DNA of 64,000 nucleotides from Thermodesulfobacteriota bacterium. GTDB taxonomy: Bacteria; Desulfobacterota; Desulfobacteria; Desulfobacterales; C00003060. Position numbers and translations under genes: made by a program. This document shows, in pieces, positions 29,102 to 38,405 of the stretch. Every line of letters starts with the position of its first letter. Within the stretch, counting starts at the first letter, position 1. The notes beneath the pieces were generated by a model. It did not search any database. It saw only the letters and a program-made list of their open reading frames with translations, and was not told where the DNA came from. Where the stretch lies: the NCBI GenBank assembly GCA_034189385.1, contig JAXHVD010000004.1, positions 1-64,000 of the forward strand, in the 5' to 3' direction.

Positions 29102-30256
29102 TCACGACACCGGGATTCGCACTTTAAAAGTCGTGCCGACCCCCACCTTGCTGTCAAAAGTGATCTCTCCTCCGAGGCTTCTAACAACGTTCTGCGAGAT
29201 GGGAAGCCCTAAGCCCGTCCCTTTGCCAGGGGGCTTCGTCGTGTAAAAGAGTTCAAAGATCTTTCCCTGATGCTCTTGTGGGATTCCACCGGCGTTATCC
29301 TCAACGCTTATCTCAACCTCCGAGTCCTTTCTGACAGTCCCCAGCTCGATCTGTTTGTCATCTTCGCCTTTTTCCAGCAAGGCGTGAATAGCGTTGCCAA
29401 TGAGGTTCACAAAGACCTGTTCCAACAATCTCGGGTCCGAATTCACCAAGAGAGGCCCCTCGGCAAAGGCAAGCTCGATCTTAATGGTGGTGTGTTTGAG
29501 TTGAGGTGCCAGAAAAGCGATGGTTTCTTTTAGCAGTCCGTGGATGTCCACCTCGCTTCTGCTTGGACGCGACTCCCGAGCAAAGCCGAGAAGTTTGTGG
29601 GTGATGTTACCACAGCGCTCGGTCTGGGCGCTGATTCTCTCCATCACCTCTTCCAGCTCTTGCCGGTCATCGGCACCTAGGCCCTTAGCGTCTGCAACGA
29701 CCTCACCTGCCCAAGCAGCCGCCTCTCTAATCACTGCTACCGGATTGTTGATCTCATGGGCCACACCAGCAGCTATCCGGCCTATCTCTGCCAGCCTGTC
29801 GACCTGGACCAGGTCCTCCTGGAGCCTTTTCCACCGGGTAATATCCTGGCATATTCCCACCGTACCGACCCGTTGGCCTTCCCTGTTGATCAGGTCCATC
29901 AACGAAGCATTACAATAAACCGTTTTCCCCTCCTTGTGTCTAAAGGGAACGTCCAGCGCCAGCGCACAACCGTCTTTCAGGCAACTGGCCATGGCGGGCT
30001 CAAACAATTCCGGGTCTTCGGCAAAATCCTTGACGGGCCTCCCCACGGCCTCTATCCAAGAATAGCCCAGGACCTTTTCGCCTCCCTTGCTAAGAGAAAC
30101 CAACGTTCCCTCTGCGTCGGTGGCAAAGATTAAGTCACTCGTGTTTTGCAATATACACTGAAGGTAGGACCTTGTTTGGTGCAGTTCTATCTTGTAGCTC
30201 GCCAGCTCCCTGGTAACCCTTCTGAGCTCGGCCGATAACGAGCTATCCAACCCCAT
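29102..30256 (-). CDS. Cytoplasmic PAS histidine kinase
   Basis: [27 protein letters not shown]. Confidence 0.9.
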   Translation of the reverse strand: MGLDSSLSAELRRVTRELASYKIELHQTRSYLQCILQNTSDLIFATDAEGTLVSLSKGGEKVLGYSWIEAVGRPVKDFAEDPELFEPAMASCLKDGCALALDVPFRHKEGKTVYCNASLMDLINREGQRVGTVGICQDITRWKRLQEDLVQVDRLAEIGRIAAGVAHEINNPVAVIREAAAWAGEVVADAKGLGADDRQELEEVMERISAQTERCGNITHKLLGFARESRPSRSEVDIHGLLKETIAFLAPQLKHTTIKIELAFAEGPLLVNSDPRLLEQVFVNLIGNAIHALLEKGEDDKQIELGTVRKDSEVEISVEDNAGGIPQEHQGKIFELFYTTKPPGKGTGLGLPISQNVVRSLGGEITFDSKVGVGTTFKVRIPVS

Positions 30257-30737
30257 AGATTTTCCGGAGATCGGCAAGCGCCTTCCTCATGCCATGTGCC
30301 CCCATGCCTGACGCTTGGATTCTTTGTACCTCTTCTTGAAATTTGGCGCCCTGCAGCTTCTGTTTCTTATCGAACGCATCCTTGATGCTAGCCACGAGGG
30401 CGTCGTAATCGACAGGCTTGAGGAGATACTGAAAAGCGTCTTCCTGGCCGCTTTCTAGCGCCGACTCAATGGAACCGTGGCCTGTCAGTACGATACACTG
30501 AAGGAATGGTTGGGCCTCCCTAAGCTTTCTCTGGGTCTCCACCCCATCCATCCCGGGCATTTTGAGATCCACCACGGCCACGTCATAGTGATCCCTCTCT
30601 GCCGCCTCAAGGGCTTGCTCGCCAGAAAAGGTGGCCTTCACTGTAAAGCCCTTTTTCAGGAGCCGTTTGGCAATGTATTCAACCAGATTCTCCTCATCAT
30701 CCACCAAAAGAATACGAATGTCTTGCAGATCGCCCAT
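30243..30737 (-). CDS. Response regulator with C-terminal helical extension
   Basis: ILLVDDE..VVDLKMPG..LTGHG..YLLKP; AAGGAG RBS before ATG 30737. Confidence 0.9.
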   Translation of the reverse strand: MGDLQDIRILLVDDEENLVEYIAKRLLKKGFTVKATFSGEQALEAAERDHYDVAVVDLKMPGMDGVETQRKLREAQPFLQCIVLTGHGSIESALESGQEDAFQYLLKPVDYDALVASIKDAFDKKQKLQGAKFQEEVQRIQASGMGAHGMRKALADLRKIYGVG

Positions 30738-30877
30738 AAGCTTCTCCTTGCACTTGATAAACGGCCTTTCCAGGCTCCTGGTTAATAAGGAATTGGGGAA
30801 AATGATATTTTCTCCCAAACCGTCCGAATACCATGGCCTGTTATCAGTTTACCACCGAGCCGTCAAGGAGTTTTACC

Positions 30878-31132
30878 ATGTCTTCAGGGCCCTTCATCCG
30901 GGCCGAGGACCTGCCCAAGACCAGCCACAGGCCACGTAGGGACGTAACAGAATACTTGCTGGCGAAGAATGAAAGGACCCTCATTTTGCAGGTACTGCAG
31001 AAATGCAACTGGAACAAACACGAAATGGCTCCCGTACTCGGTATCAGCAGAACAAGTGTATATAGTAAGTTGAAAAAACACGAGAACCACCACAACGGAG
31101 GCAGCTGTGGAGATGAGGCTGATGATGAATAG
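30878..31132 (+). CDS. Stand-alone Fis-type HTH, a copy of the C-terminus of the 5102-7621 activator (small protein or remnant)
   Basis: SSGPFIRAEDLP..AKNERTLILQVLQKCNWNKHEMAPVLGISRTSVYSKLKKH; AAGGAG 7 nt before ATG 30878. Confidence 0.6.
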   Translation: MSSGPFIRAEDLPKTSHRPRRDVTEYLLAKNERTLILQVLQKCNWNKHEMAPVLGISRTSVYSKLKKHENHHNGGSCGDEADDE

Positions 31133-31345
31133 GGTTTTTATGGGACGGATTCTGTACAGCTAGCATCTTATTGTTTTTATAATAAATAGTGCCATATAAG
31201 CTGCCACGTGGGTCCGATTTTGAACATTCCCCGTCATCTCCCTCAAGTATTTCTATTCCTCTTCTTGACCGTTAACGAAGACAACTTGTAATAAATTAAG
31301 TTGATTATGCCTCTATTCTTCGAACTTCACAAAAAATCGGCGTCA

Positions 31346-31360
31346 TGGCATGCTTTTTGA
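31346..31360 (+). promoter_or_regulatory. Variant sigma-54 promoter (GG-N10-GA) upstream of the OrpR-like gene
   Basis: TGGCATGCTTTTTGA; motif GTCCGATTTTGAACA ends 120 bp upstream. Confidence 0.5.
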
Positions 31361-31525
31361 TTGTTACTATTTTGCAACACGGCAACAGTCTCTTCGACGC
31401 TCAATCTATCTTTCCCAATCGGAAGCTGGATATCACGACTCTGGTTTCGCATCTAGTATCGTACGGGCTTTCGCCCCGTTGTAGTGCCGCCCTGGCGCAT
31501 GGGGCAAAACTGCCAGGCAATAGCC

Positions 31526-32935
31526 ATGAAAATTTTAAATGAGTATAGCGTAATGGACACGACCCAAAATGCGTCTCACCATCAAAGCGTACTCAATAGT
31601 CTGCCCCTAGGCATTTTCACGGTGGACACCGATTGGCGGATCACGTTCGTAAATAGGCAAGCAGAGAAGGTCACCGGATTCAAAAAGACAGACGCCGTGG
31701 GCTGCAAATGTTACGAGATCTTCCGGGCTGAACTTTGCTATGGCGGCTGTCACCTGAAACAAGCCATAAAGACTGGAAGAAACATCGTGCAAGTGAGAAA
31801 CCGGATCTTGACCAAGAGCAACAGAGAGGTTCCGGTCTCCATTACGGCCGCCGTATTGCGAGATGGTCGAGGAAGAGTCTTGGGGGGAGTGGGATCATTT
31901 CTGGACGACTCAGTTCGTGTAGCCCTAGAGAAAAAAATTAAGGAATCCTATACCTTTGGCGACATCATTGGAAAAGACGAAAAGATTGCTAGACTCTTTG
32001 ACATCCTTCCCGTAGTGGCCGAGTCAGATGCATCCATCCTCGTTGTGGGTGAAACAGGGACCGGCAAGGACATGTTTGCCCGGGCCACCCACAACATGAG
32101 TCACCGCAAAGGAGGCCCATTCGTAAAGGTCAATTGTGCTGCGGTGCCTGACAATCTTCTAGAGTCGGAGCTCTTTGGGTATAGACAGGGGGCCTTCACC
32201 GACGCCAAAAGGGACAAACCCGGAAGGTTTCAGCTGGCCGAAGGAGGCACCATCTTCCTTGATGAAATCGGTGACCTCTCTCAAAATCTCCAGGCAAAGC
32301 TGCTTCAGGTGTTGGACGAGAAAGAGTTTTACCCTTTAGGATCCAGGCAGCCCGCCAAGGTCGATGTGAAGGTCGTGGCCTCGACCAACAGAAATTTGCC
32401 TGAGATGGTGCAAGAGGGGACCTTCCGAGCGGACCTCTACTATCGACTCCGGGTCATCGAACTCGAGATCCCACCTCTGCGGGAGAGGGCCTCGGACATC
32501 CCCCTGCTGATCGATCACTTTATCGCAGAGATTGGATCCAGCCTAGGGAAAGAGATCTCAGGTGTAAGGACGGATGCCATGAAGGTTCTTCTCAACTATG
32601 CCTATCCGGGAAATGTCCGGCAGCTGAAGAATATGATCGAACATGCAGTGATCCTTTGCCAGCAAGGAGACATATGCAAGGACCATCTCCCTGAATATGT
32701 TTTTGATGCCCACGCAAACAAAGCGCCCCCTTCGGCCGCCCTGCCTCATTTTCACGGTGCCCCTACGCAACTGCTGCAAGCAAAAGAAAGAGAGGCCCTC
32801 TTTGAGGCCCTCGCCACCCACGGATGGAATATCCAGAAGACGTCAAAGTCCCTCCACATTAATCGCACCACCCTCTGGCGCAAGATGAAAAAGCATGGCC
32901 TGTCTTCGAGGCAAACACCGGCAACGGCTGTTTAA
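31526..32935 (+). CDS. OrpR-like PAS sigma-54 activator (CX8CX3C in PAS)
   Basis: CYEIFRAELCYGGC; GETGTGKD; ESELFGYRQGAFTDA; INRTTLWRKM; start uncertain (31526 or 31553). Confidence 0.88.
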   Translation: MKILNEYSVMDTTQNASHHQSVLNSLPLGIFTVDTDWRITFVNRQAEKVTGFKKTDAVGCKCYEIFRAELCYGGCHLKQAIKTGRNIVQVRNRILTKSNREVPVSITAAVLRDGRGRVLGGVGSFLDDSVRVALEKKIKESYTFGDIIGKDEKIARLFDILPVVAESDASILVVGETGTGKDMFARATHNMSHRKGGPFVKVNCAAVPDNLLESELFGYRQGAFTDAKRDKPGRFQLAEGGTIFLDEIGDLSQNLQAKLLQVLDEKEFYPLGSRQPAKVDVKVVASTNRNLPEMVQEGTFRADLYYRLRVIELEIPPLRERASDIPLLIDHFIAEIGSSLGKEISGVRTDAMKVLLNYAYPGNVRQLKNMIEHAVILCQQGDICKDHLPEYVFDAHANKAPPSAALPHFHGAPTQLLQAKEREALFEALATHGWNIQKTSKSLHINRTTLWRKMKKHGLSSRQTPATAV

Positions 32936-32939
32936 TCCT

Positions 32940-32955
32940 TGCAACATAAGTTGCA
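32940..32955. promoter_or_regulatory. Inverted repeat, candidate activator binding site
   Basis: TGCAAC-ataa-GTTGCA about 170 bp upstream of the 33124 promoter. Confidence 0.4.
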
Positions 32956-33122
32956 TCACCCACCGTTGTTGCGAATGCTTTGTTTTTTCTCTTTAAAACG
33001 GACATCATCCAGCCGTTTCGTTTCATATGTGCGACACTGAAACGGAGCGCAGGGTCTCCGTAATGTTCGTCCTCCTTACCATATCCAACTGAGTTTACAC
33101 CGTTTTGCTTCGTTAAACCAGA

Positions 33123-33139
33123 TTGGCATGACGTTTGCT
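33123..33139 (+). promoter_or_regulatory. Sigma-54 promoter
   Basis: TTGGCATGACGTTTGCT, correct GG-N10-GC spacing. Confidence 0.7.
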
Positions 33140-33151
33140 CTAGGGAAAGAC

Positions 33152-33484
33152 ATGGCAAGTAAACTCGCAGTGTGTCAGCTGAACGATCGCATTGCTCCAC
33201 GGTTCGACCAGTGTCCAGAACTCGTGTTGGTGACCCTGGACAACAGTGGCGCAGTCAAGGAAAAGAAGGTGCTTCCCATAGCCAATCTGAAACCTCAGGA
33301 CGTGGCAGATCTTTTGAGCCGGCTAGACGTAAAGACATTAATCTGCGGCGGCGTGAAGGAAGATTCCCAACAAGCTTTGAAAAAATTCAACATCGAATTA
33401 ATCGACAATATCATCGGAAATGTGCAGGATGTTCTCACACGTTATAGCAAAGGAAAGCTGAACCGGGGAAATACACTACAATAA
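33152..33484 (+). CDS. NifB/NifX (dinitrogenase FeMo-cofactor-binding / ORP-like) family protein
   Basis: IAPRFDQC..LICGGV pattern, about 110 aa; start MASKLAV downstream of the promoter. Confidence 0.8.
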   Translation: MASKLAVCQLNDRIAPRFDQCPELVLVTLDNSGAVKEKKVLPIANLKPQDVADLLSRLDVKTLICGGVKEDSQQALKKFNIELIDNIIGNVQDVLTRYSKGKLNRGNTLQ

Positions 33485-33530
33485 AGAAATGTCGCCATGA
33501 ATCGTCAACCCCAGCGGGAAGGGGAAAGCC

Positions 33531-34025
33531 ATGAGCGAAAGAGAAACCATCCGAGTTCTTCTGGTAGACGATGAGGAGCAGTTGACCGAATACCTCTCGA
33601 AACGGCTCTTGAAAAAAGGCTTCACCGTAAAGGCCACATTCTCTGGAGAAGAGGCCGTCGATGCCGCGCTGGAAGAGCATTATGACGTGGCAGTAGTGGA
33701 CCTGAAGATGCCCGAGATGGACGGAGTAGAGTGCCAAAAGAGGCTCAAGAAGATCCAACCCTTCCTTCAGTGCGTCGTACTCACAGGCCATGGGTCCATA
33801 GAGACAGCCTTAGAAAGCGGCCAGGAGGATGCATTTCAGTATCTCCTTAAGCCGGTTGATTACGAGAATCTGCTGGCTGTTATTAATGAAGCCTACAGCA
33901 AAAAAGTGGAGTTGCAGCGCAGCAAGTTCAGCGAGCAAGTCGCGGAAATCCAGAGTGCAGGGCTGGGGCCGCGTGGCTTAAGAAGGGCCATAAAAGAGTT
34001 GCGCCAGATCTATGGGATCGAATAG
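33531..34025 (+). CDS. Response regulator (close paralog of 30243-30737)
   Basis: VLLVDDE..VVDLKMPE..LTGHG..YLLKP; same C-terminal LRxIYG tail. Confidence 0.9.
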   Translation: MSERETIRVLLVDDEEQLTEYLSKRLLKKGFTVKATFSGEEAVDAALEEHYDVAVVDLKMPEMDGVECQKRLKKIQPFLQCVVLTGHGSIETALESGQEDAFQYLLKPVDYENLLAVINEAYSKKVELQRSKFSEQVAEIQSAGLGPRGLRRAIKELRQIYGIE

Positions 34026-34120
34026 CTCGGCATTGGCCTTGGTATTGAGGCTGACGTAAGAACTGCAGGGCTATGAAACGGAGTTAGAGCAAACCATAAA
34101 CTCATGAGGATGATAACCCT

Positions 34121-34699
34121 ATGGATGAAGACGGCCAATTAGGTATACAAGCCTCGAAGGGGCCTGATGGGGCCCCCACCGCCTTTCAAACGGCCCAAGG
34201 CAGAAGATTTTTCATTTACCCTTTCGCTCTTACTTTCATCATTATGTTGGGCATCTGGGTCCTTCTTTCCGGGAAGTTTGATCCCTTTCATATGAGCCTT
34301 GGGCTCATCTCTTGTGGAATTGTCTCCTTTCTTTCTTCTGACCTGTTGTTCGATTCTCCGAAAATTAGGGGGCTTCTGCGTCAGTGGGGTCGGTTCATAA
34401 GATACCTCCCCTGGCTAATGCTTGAAATCATCAAGGCCAATCTTCACGTGACCTATCTGGTATTTCATCCCAGGATGATGGAGCTCATCGACCCGAGGAT
34501 TGTCAAGTTTCGAAGCAAGCTGAAAAGCGACTTAGCTCTGGTGACCTTTGCCAATTCAATTACACTCACCCCCGGCACCATTACGGTTTATGTGTCGATT
34601 GATGGAGATTTTAAGGTCCATGCCATCGACAAGGCCTCTGGCGATCCCTTGCCGGGGGCCATGGAAGCAAACATTGCCAAGGCATTCGGTGAGGTCTAA
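34121..34699 (+). CDS. mrpE: Mrp antiporter subunit E (cluster 2)
   Basis: WVLLSG..FANSITLTPGTITV..VHAID. Confidence 0.9.
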   Translation: MDEDGQLGIQASKGPDGAPTAFQTAQGRRFFIYPFALTFIIMLGIWVLLSGKFDPFHMSLGLISCGIVSFLSSDLLFDSPKIRGLLRQWGRFIRYLPWLMLEIIKANLHVTYLVFHPRMMELIDPRIVKFRSKLKSDLALVTFANSITLTPGTITVYVSIDGDFKVHAIDKASGDPLPGAMEANIAKAFGEV

Positions 34700-34986
34700 T
34701 GGATAACGTCTTCTTGTATGCAGGTCTTTATTTGGCTTTTTTGATGCTCCTTTCTCTTTACCGCCCTGTATTTGGCCCCACGGTCGTGGACCGCATGATC
34801 GGCGTCAACGCCATTGGGAGCAAGACCACGGTATTACTGATCTTGATCGGCCTTATCTTTCATAGGGTGGATATGTTTGTGGACATTGCGCTGGCTTACG
34901 CCATGCTAAACTTCCTCGCGGTGCTGGCCGCTTCCAGATACTTCCAAAAGCGCAAGGGATTGTACGATGAACCACCCTATAGGTAG
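34699..34986 (+). CDS. mrpF: Mrp antiporter subunit F (cluster 2)
   Basis: GPTVVDRMIG..DIALAYAMLNF. Confidence 0.9.
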   Translation: MDNVFLYAGLYLAFLMLLSLYRPVFGPTVVDRMIGVNAIGSKTTVLLILIGLIFHRVDMFVDIALAYAMLNFLAVLAASRYFQKRKGLYDEPPYR

Positions 34987-35053
34987 AAGCTCTTCAGATC
35001 AAAGTAAAACAAGGTCATGGGATCCGGACCATAGACTTGGGAGATTCTGAACA

Positions 35054-35377
35054 ATGGATGTTATTGTATGCTTGCTTTTAGTTGCCGGTCTGTTCTTCTT
35101 TACCGGCGGCGCTGTGGGGATTCTGCGGTTCCCTGATTTTTATTCCAGGCTCCATCCAGCCGGCAAACTCGACACCTTGGGCTCTCTTTTGGCCATGATC
35201 GCCCTTGCCCTGTTCAACCTGCACCATTTTTCTCTGGGCACCGTCCTGACCAGCCTCAAGATCATGTTGATCTTGGTCTTTGTGTTTCTGGCCAGCCCCA
35301 CGGCCACCCACGCCATTGTGGACGCGGGGGTCAGGGCCGGTCTGGCGCCTTGGACCAAAGGAGAGGAGAGGAGATAG
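35054..35377 (+). CDS. mrpG: Mrp antiporter subunit G (cluster 2)
   Basis: RFPDFYSRLHPAGKLDTLG..PTATHAI. Confidence 0.9.
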   Translation: MDVIVCLLLVAGLFFFTGGAVGILRFPDFYSRLHPAGKLDTLGSLLAMIALALFNLHHFSLGTVLTSLKIMLILVFVFLASPTATHAIVDAGVRAGLAPWTKGEERR

Positions 35378-35380
35378 CCC

Positions 35381-35626
35381 ATGATCTGGCAGTTGGATTT
35401 GGCCATTCTCACTTTGGTCGTCATAGCAGGAATCGCCGCCATCACGGTCAAGGATCTTCTGGGGGCTGCTATCCTGTTTGGGGCTTACAGCTTCATGATG
35501 TGTCTGCTCTGGTCCATCATGGGGGCGGTAGACGTCTCCTTTACCGAGGCCTCCGTGGGGGCCGGTGTGAGTACAGTCTTTTTTGTTGCGGCTGTTTTTC
35601 GTACGACGAGGAGGACAAGAGATTGA
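35381..35626 (+). CDS. DUF4040/MbhD-like Mrp subunit (cluster 2)
   Basis: GAVDVSFTEASVGAG. Confidence 0.85.
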   Translation: MIWQLDLAILTLVVIAGIAAITVKDLLGAAILFGAYSFMMCLLWSIMGAVDVSFTEASVGAGVSTVFFVAAVFRTTRRTRD

Positions 35627-36450
35627 AGATCATAGGACTCATCATTGCACTTTCAACAGGCGTATTGTTGATTTGCGCTACGGGCGACTTCCCAAGGTGG
35701 GCCGACCCGGCCTCTCCTGCTAGTACACATCTGTCTCCGCACTTCATTGAAAAGACCATGGAGGAAACCTCCGTTCCCAACATCGTCACCGCAGTCCTTG
35801 CGGACTACCGAGGTTATGACACCATGTATGAAACGGCGGTGATTTTTACGGCAGGGCTGGCCTGTTTTATCCTGCTCCGCATCTTTGTGAAAGAAGAGCC
35901 CGGCGATAGGCTTTATCGCCATCTTCTGACCGGCGTGACCGTTCGGGTCAAAGAGGGCACAAAGCTGCCGCCGTCTGAGGACTTTGAGAGGATCGACGCC
36001 ACGTGGACCCCGCCCGATCTGATCATCAAAACGATTTGCCGGTTCCTCATCCCTTTTATTCAGCTTTTTGCCTTGTACGTCATTGCCCATGGACACCACA
36101 GCCCCGGCGGAGGGTTCCAGGGCGGTGTTATCCTCGGAGCCAGTATCATCCTGCTGGCTATCTCCCAGGATCTGAGAACGTCTGTACGACGGATGCGCGA
36201 AAAGCTGGATGCTGTTCTTTGTGCTGTCGGTGTGATCATCTATGCAGGTACAGGGGCCCTTTGTCTCCTGTTAGGACTCAATTTCCTAGATTACAGTGCG
36301 CTCGCCTCCGTGCTCCATTGCGACCCCGTTACCGCGCGATCCCATGGCATTCTCATTGTTGAGATCGGTGTGGGAATTGCTGTCATGTGCACGATGATAT
36401 GGATCTATAACAATGTCTCATCCATCGGTAAATATGATGAAGGGCTTTAA
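35623..36450 (+). CDS. mrpB: Mrp antiporter subunit B, MbhE-like + MnhB fusion (cluster 2)
   Basis: PNIVTAVLADYRGYDT and HGHHSPGGGFQGG in one frame; TTG start 35623 overlaps the upstream stop. Confidence 0.85.
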   Translation: MKIIGLIIALSTGVLLICATGDFPRWADPASPASTHLSPHFIEKTMEETSVPNIVTAVLADYRGYDTMYETAVIFTAGLACFILLRIFVKEEPGDRLYRHLLTGVTVRVKEGTKLPPSEDFERIDATWTPPDLIIKTICRFLIPFIQLFALYVIAHGHHSPGGGFQGGVILGASIILLAISQDLRTSVRRMREKLDAVLCAVGVIIYAGTGALCLLLGLNFLDYSALASVLHCDPVTARSHGILIVEIGVGIAVMCTMIWIYNNVSSIGKYDEGL

Positions 36451-36453
36451 GTT

Positions 36454-36858
36454 ATGGGTGATCTAATTCAAATCGTTGTCGCCAAGTACAATTACTGGAT
36501 CTATATCACTCTCATGATGATCGGCCTCTATGCCATGATCGCGAAAAATAACCTGGTCAAGAAGATCGTGGGTATGAATATCTTTCAAACAGCTATCATC
36601 TTGTTCTACGTGTCCACCGGTGCAAAAAGAGGGGCCACCATCCCTATCTTAGAGCATGGCCATGGCGAGCACGGTGCCGGGGCGCATGTGGTGCATGCTG
36701 TGGACTACATCAATCCACTGCCCCATGTGCTCATGCTTACCGCCATCGTGGTGGCCGTGGCCACCCTTGGCGTGGCCCTGGCCCTGGCTATAAGAGTCTA
36801 TAACCGGTATGACACCTTGGAAGAAGATGAAATCTTAGCGAAGATAAGGGAAAAATGA
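36454..36858 (+). CDS. mrpC: Mrp antiporter subunit C (cluster 2)
   Basis: NLVKKIVGMNI..NPLPHVLMLTAIVV. Confidence 0.9.
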   Translation: MGDLIQIVVAKYNYWIYITLMMIGLYAMIAKNNLVKKIVGMNIFQTAIILFYVSTGAKRGATIPILEHGHGEHGAGAHVVHAVDYINPLPHVLMLTAIVVAVATLGVALALAIRVYNRYDTLEEDEILAKIREK

Positions 36859-38351
36859 GCCAACAATATCCTGCACTACTTGTCATTGTGCCCCTCCTTT
36901 CGGCCTTAGTTATCAGTGCTGCCGGATGGATAAACAAAAGACTCTGTTTTCCAATTGCCGTTGCAGCCCTGGGCGTGGCGGCCTATTCATCCATTGGCCT
37001 GCTATTAAGGGTCTTAGACGAAGGGGCGATCGTTTATCGGTTGGGAGGATGGGACCCGCCAATGGGGATTGCCTATTATGTGGATCATCTCAACGGGCTG
37101 GTTCTGGCAGTGGTTTCAGTCGTTGCCTTCCTTAATCTGATAGCGAGCAAAAAGAGCATTGAACTCGAGTTGCCGGACAAAACAGCTCCCTTTTACGCAT
37201 TGTATGTCTTACAGGTCACCGGTCTTTTAGGTATCGTGGCCACCGGAGATGCCTTCAACCTGTACGTGCTGCTGGAGATTACGGCGCTCAGCGGCTACGC
37301 CATGCTTGCCATGGGGAAGGACCGCGCTCAGCTTTCCACGCTCAATTATCTCTACATGGGTACTATTGGGGCGTGCTTCTATCTGTTGGGCGTTGGTTAT
37401 CTCTATATTGTCACTGGTTCGCTGAACATGGTAGACATTGCCAATATTTTGCCTTCCCTTTATGAGTCCAAGGCCGTGCTGGGCGCTTTTATCATCTGTT
37501 TGGTCGGTGTCTGGGTCAAGATGGCCTTCTTCCCGCTCCATGCCTGGCTCCCCAATGCGTATACACACGGCCCTTCTGCGGCCAGCAGTTTGATTGCCCC
37601 CTTGGTAACCAAGGTGATGATCTATGTGATGATTCGCCTCATTTTGACTGTTTTTACGCCGGAGTTTGCCTTCAACATCCTGGCCATAAGCAAGCCCATT
37701 GTCTGGCTTGCCTGCATTGCCATTTTTATGGGGGCCATCCTTGCCCTGGCAGAGCGCAATCTGAAGAAGATGTTGACCTACATCATTGTGGCAGAAGTGG
37801 GCTACATGGTTGGTGGGGCGTGGCTTGGGAATCGGGCGGGCATGACCGGGGCCATCCTCCACATCGTTAACGACGCCCTCATGACCTTGTGCGCCTTTTT
37901 GGTCGTAAGCAACATTGCCTACAAACTCAAAGGATATGCCTTTGACGATATCAAAGGGTTGGTCCGAAAGATGCCCTTCACTATGGGGGCCCTAGTGATC
38001 GGGGCCTTGTCCATTATCGGGGTGCCCCCCACGTGCGGGTTTTTTAGCAAATGGTATCTCATCTCTGGGGCGATTCAGGCCAGCCAATATGCCTTTATGG
38101 TAGCATTGCTGTTTAGCAGTCTGGTGAATGTGGTGCTTTTTTTCAGGGTCATAGAGATTTGTTACTATGAGCCTTTTAGCGACGATGGGGCCCATGGGCA
38201 CGGGCCTCCTTCAGAACCCATGGCAGAGGCCCCGCTCACCATGCTGGTCCCCCTTTTCATCGTTGCCGCAGGGCTGGTCTTGGTGGGTATTTATACGGGC
38301 GACATTGTAAACAAGATTATCGAATTTGCCATACCACAAGGTATTGTTTAG
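36855..38351 (+). CDS. mrpD: Mrp antiporter subunit D (cluster 2)
   Basis: YRLGGWDPPMGI, DAFNLYVLLEI, PLHAWLPNAY. Confidence 0.9.
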   Translation: MSQQYPALLVIVPLLSALVISAAGWINKRLCFPIAVAALGVAAYSSIGLLLRVLDEGAIVYRLGGWDPPMGIAYYVDHLNGLVLAVVSVVAFLNLIASKKSIELELPDKTAPFYALYVLQVTGLLGIVATGDAFNLYVLLEITALSGYAMLAMGKDRAQLSTLNYLYMGTIGACFYLLGVGYLYIVTGSLNMVDIANILPSLYESKAVLGAFIICLVGVWVKMAFFPLHAWLPNAYTHGPSAASSLIAPLVTKVMIYVMIRLILTVFTPEFAFNILAISKPIVWLACIAIFMGAILALAERNLKKMLTYIIVAEVGYMVGGAWLGNRAGMTGAILHIVNDALMTLCAFLVVSNIAYKLKGYAFDDIKGLVRKMPFTMGALVIGALSIIGVPPTCGFFSKWYLISGAIQASQYAFMVALLFSSLVNVVLFFRVIEICYYEPFSDDGAHGHGPPSEPMAEAPLTMLVPLFIVAAGLVLVGIYTGDIVNKIIEFAIPQGIV

Positions 38352-38405
38352 TGAAGGAAAGGCATATCAGACTTGCATCCTACTAACTATTAACAAGGCA
38401 TTGAT

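Noticed and set aside
35350..35622. N-terminal extension of the mrpB ORF
   Set aside because: Overlaps the DUF4040 gene; TTG 35623 is translationally coupled
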